This document shows, one piece after another, positions 15,995-16,787 of a DNA stretch of 16,787 bases (its first letter is position 1; every line of letters starts with the position of its first letter). The notes below the pieces were generated by a model, which ran no database searches, had not been told where the DNA came from, and saw nothing but the letters and a program-made list of their open reading frames with translations. A program made the translations under genes and the position numbers. Source of the DNA: a bacterium (GTDB lineage: Bacteria; Desulfobacterota; DSWW01); the NCBI GenBank assembly GCA_040756235.1, contig JBFLZG010000058.1:1-16787 (forward strand). The letters run 5' to 3'.

Positions 15995-16140
15995 CAAGCT
16001 GTTGAAGAAAGCCCATCTGCGGAGCCTGTTGCGAGCGAAGCGCGGCAATCCCCCGGCCGAGCCGGCGCGGCGCACGAGTAAGTACGCCTCATTCTTCAGG
16101 ACTTCGCATGCCTTGCATCCGGGCCTTTTTGACCGGCCTG
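15995..16140. mobile_element. MITE-like repeat (146 bp) with degenerate GCTGTTGAA-type termini
   Basis: Left caagctgttgaagaaagccc and right gggcctttttgaccggcctg are 14/20 complementary. The internal catctgcgg...aagtacgcctcattcttcaggacttcg...gccttgcatc resembles an intergenic repeat I recall from Desulfobacterota genomes (not verified). Confidence 0.6.
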
Positions 16141-16787
16141 TGCAGGAGTCGGGGGCCCCCGATGAGACCGGTGCCAAAAGCCGGGTGTTCCGGGCGCTCG
16201 TCGTGTTCGCGCTGGTCTCTCCTCTGTCGATCGCCGCGACCAACATGGCGTGGGTGGCGGCCGTCCTCCTGTGGCTGTACGAGGCGCGGCTGCGAAGCCC
16301 CGGCCGCAGATTCCCGATCCGCCGCACGGAGCTCGACCCCGCTTTCGGCCTCCTGCTGCTCGCCAGCTTGCTGAGCCTGTTCGTTTCCGCGGCCTGGCGC
16401 GAAAGCCTCCTGGAGTCCCGGTCGCTCGGGCTCATCGTCATCTGCTATCTCTTCGCATGGGAGGCCCCGCAGGCGGCCCGGCGCAGGGTCCTGGTCTTCG
16501 GCTTCCTCGGCTCGGCCGGGATCGCCGCCGTTTACGGGATCGTCCAGTCATACACCGACTGGGACTTCCTGGGGCACTTTCAGCCCGGCACCGGGAAGGC
16601 GAGCGGATTCTTCAGCCTGCACCTTACCTACGGGGAGTACATGGTGCTGGCGGCGTGCCTGGCCGGAGGGGTCGCGCTCTGGGCGGAGCGGATCGGTACC
16701 GCGGCCAGGGCCGCAGCGCTGCTGCCTCTGCTCCTCATGGGGTTCGCCGTCCTCACGAGCGGCGCCAAGGGTGCCTTCCTCGGGCTG
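16140..16787 (+). CDS. O-antigen ligase / Wzy_C-family polytopic membrane protein, truncated at the window end (absent from the ORF track)
   Basis: Own translation of the open frame: VFRALVVFALVSPLSIAATNMAWVAAVLLWLY...IAAVYGIVQSYT...GKASGFFSLHLTYGEYMVL...AVLTSGAKGAFLGL, matching the YGI.Q, (R)A.G.F..H...G and T.S(R)GA patterns. The start is uncertain (GTG 16140 or GTG 16185). Confidence 0.75.
   Translation, partial: MQESGAPDETGAKSRVFRALVVFALVSPLSIAATNMAWVAAVLLWLYEARLRSPGRRFPIRRTELDPAFGLLLLASLLSLFVSAAWRESLLESRSLGLIVICYLFAWEAPQAARRRVLVFGFLGSAGIAAVYGIVQSYTDWDFLGHFQPGTGKASGFFSLHLTYGEYMVLAACLAGGVALWAERIGTAARAAALLPLLLMGFAVLTSGAKGAFLGL

Overview
High-GC bacterial window, probably from a deltaproteobacterial lineage (Myxococcota/Desulfobacterota-like; this is inferred from gene content and repeat types). 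All credible genes are on the + strand. Most of the window (128-14855) is one co-directional cluster resembling a compact Agl-Glt/Nfs-type trans-envelope machine. It contains a MotA/TolQ/ExbB subunit (AglR-like), two ExbD/TolR subunits (AglQ/AglS-like), a small GltF-like protein, a GltG/AgmX-like TonB-type protein, a GltA/B/H-like small outer-membrane barrel, a GltC-like TPR protein and a GltD-like TPR protein with a GltE-like C-terminal extension. Two otherwise unrelated lipoproteins bracket the cluster: one with five PPC-like repeats and one seven-bladed beta-propeller. Both begin their mature sequence with CGTGGL[N/S]GE. Downstream are a PagL-like barrel and a truncated O-antigen-ligase-like gene. 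The region is dense in REP/MITE-like palindromic elements of several families. Some are read in frame inside the GltG-like and GltC-like genes, some are nested in one another, and several sit at stop codons. All family assignments come from motifs recognised by eye; no database search was run.
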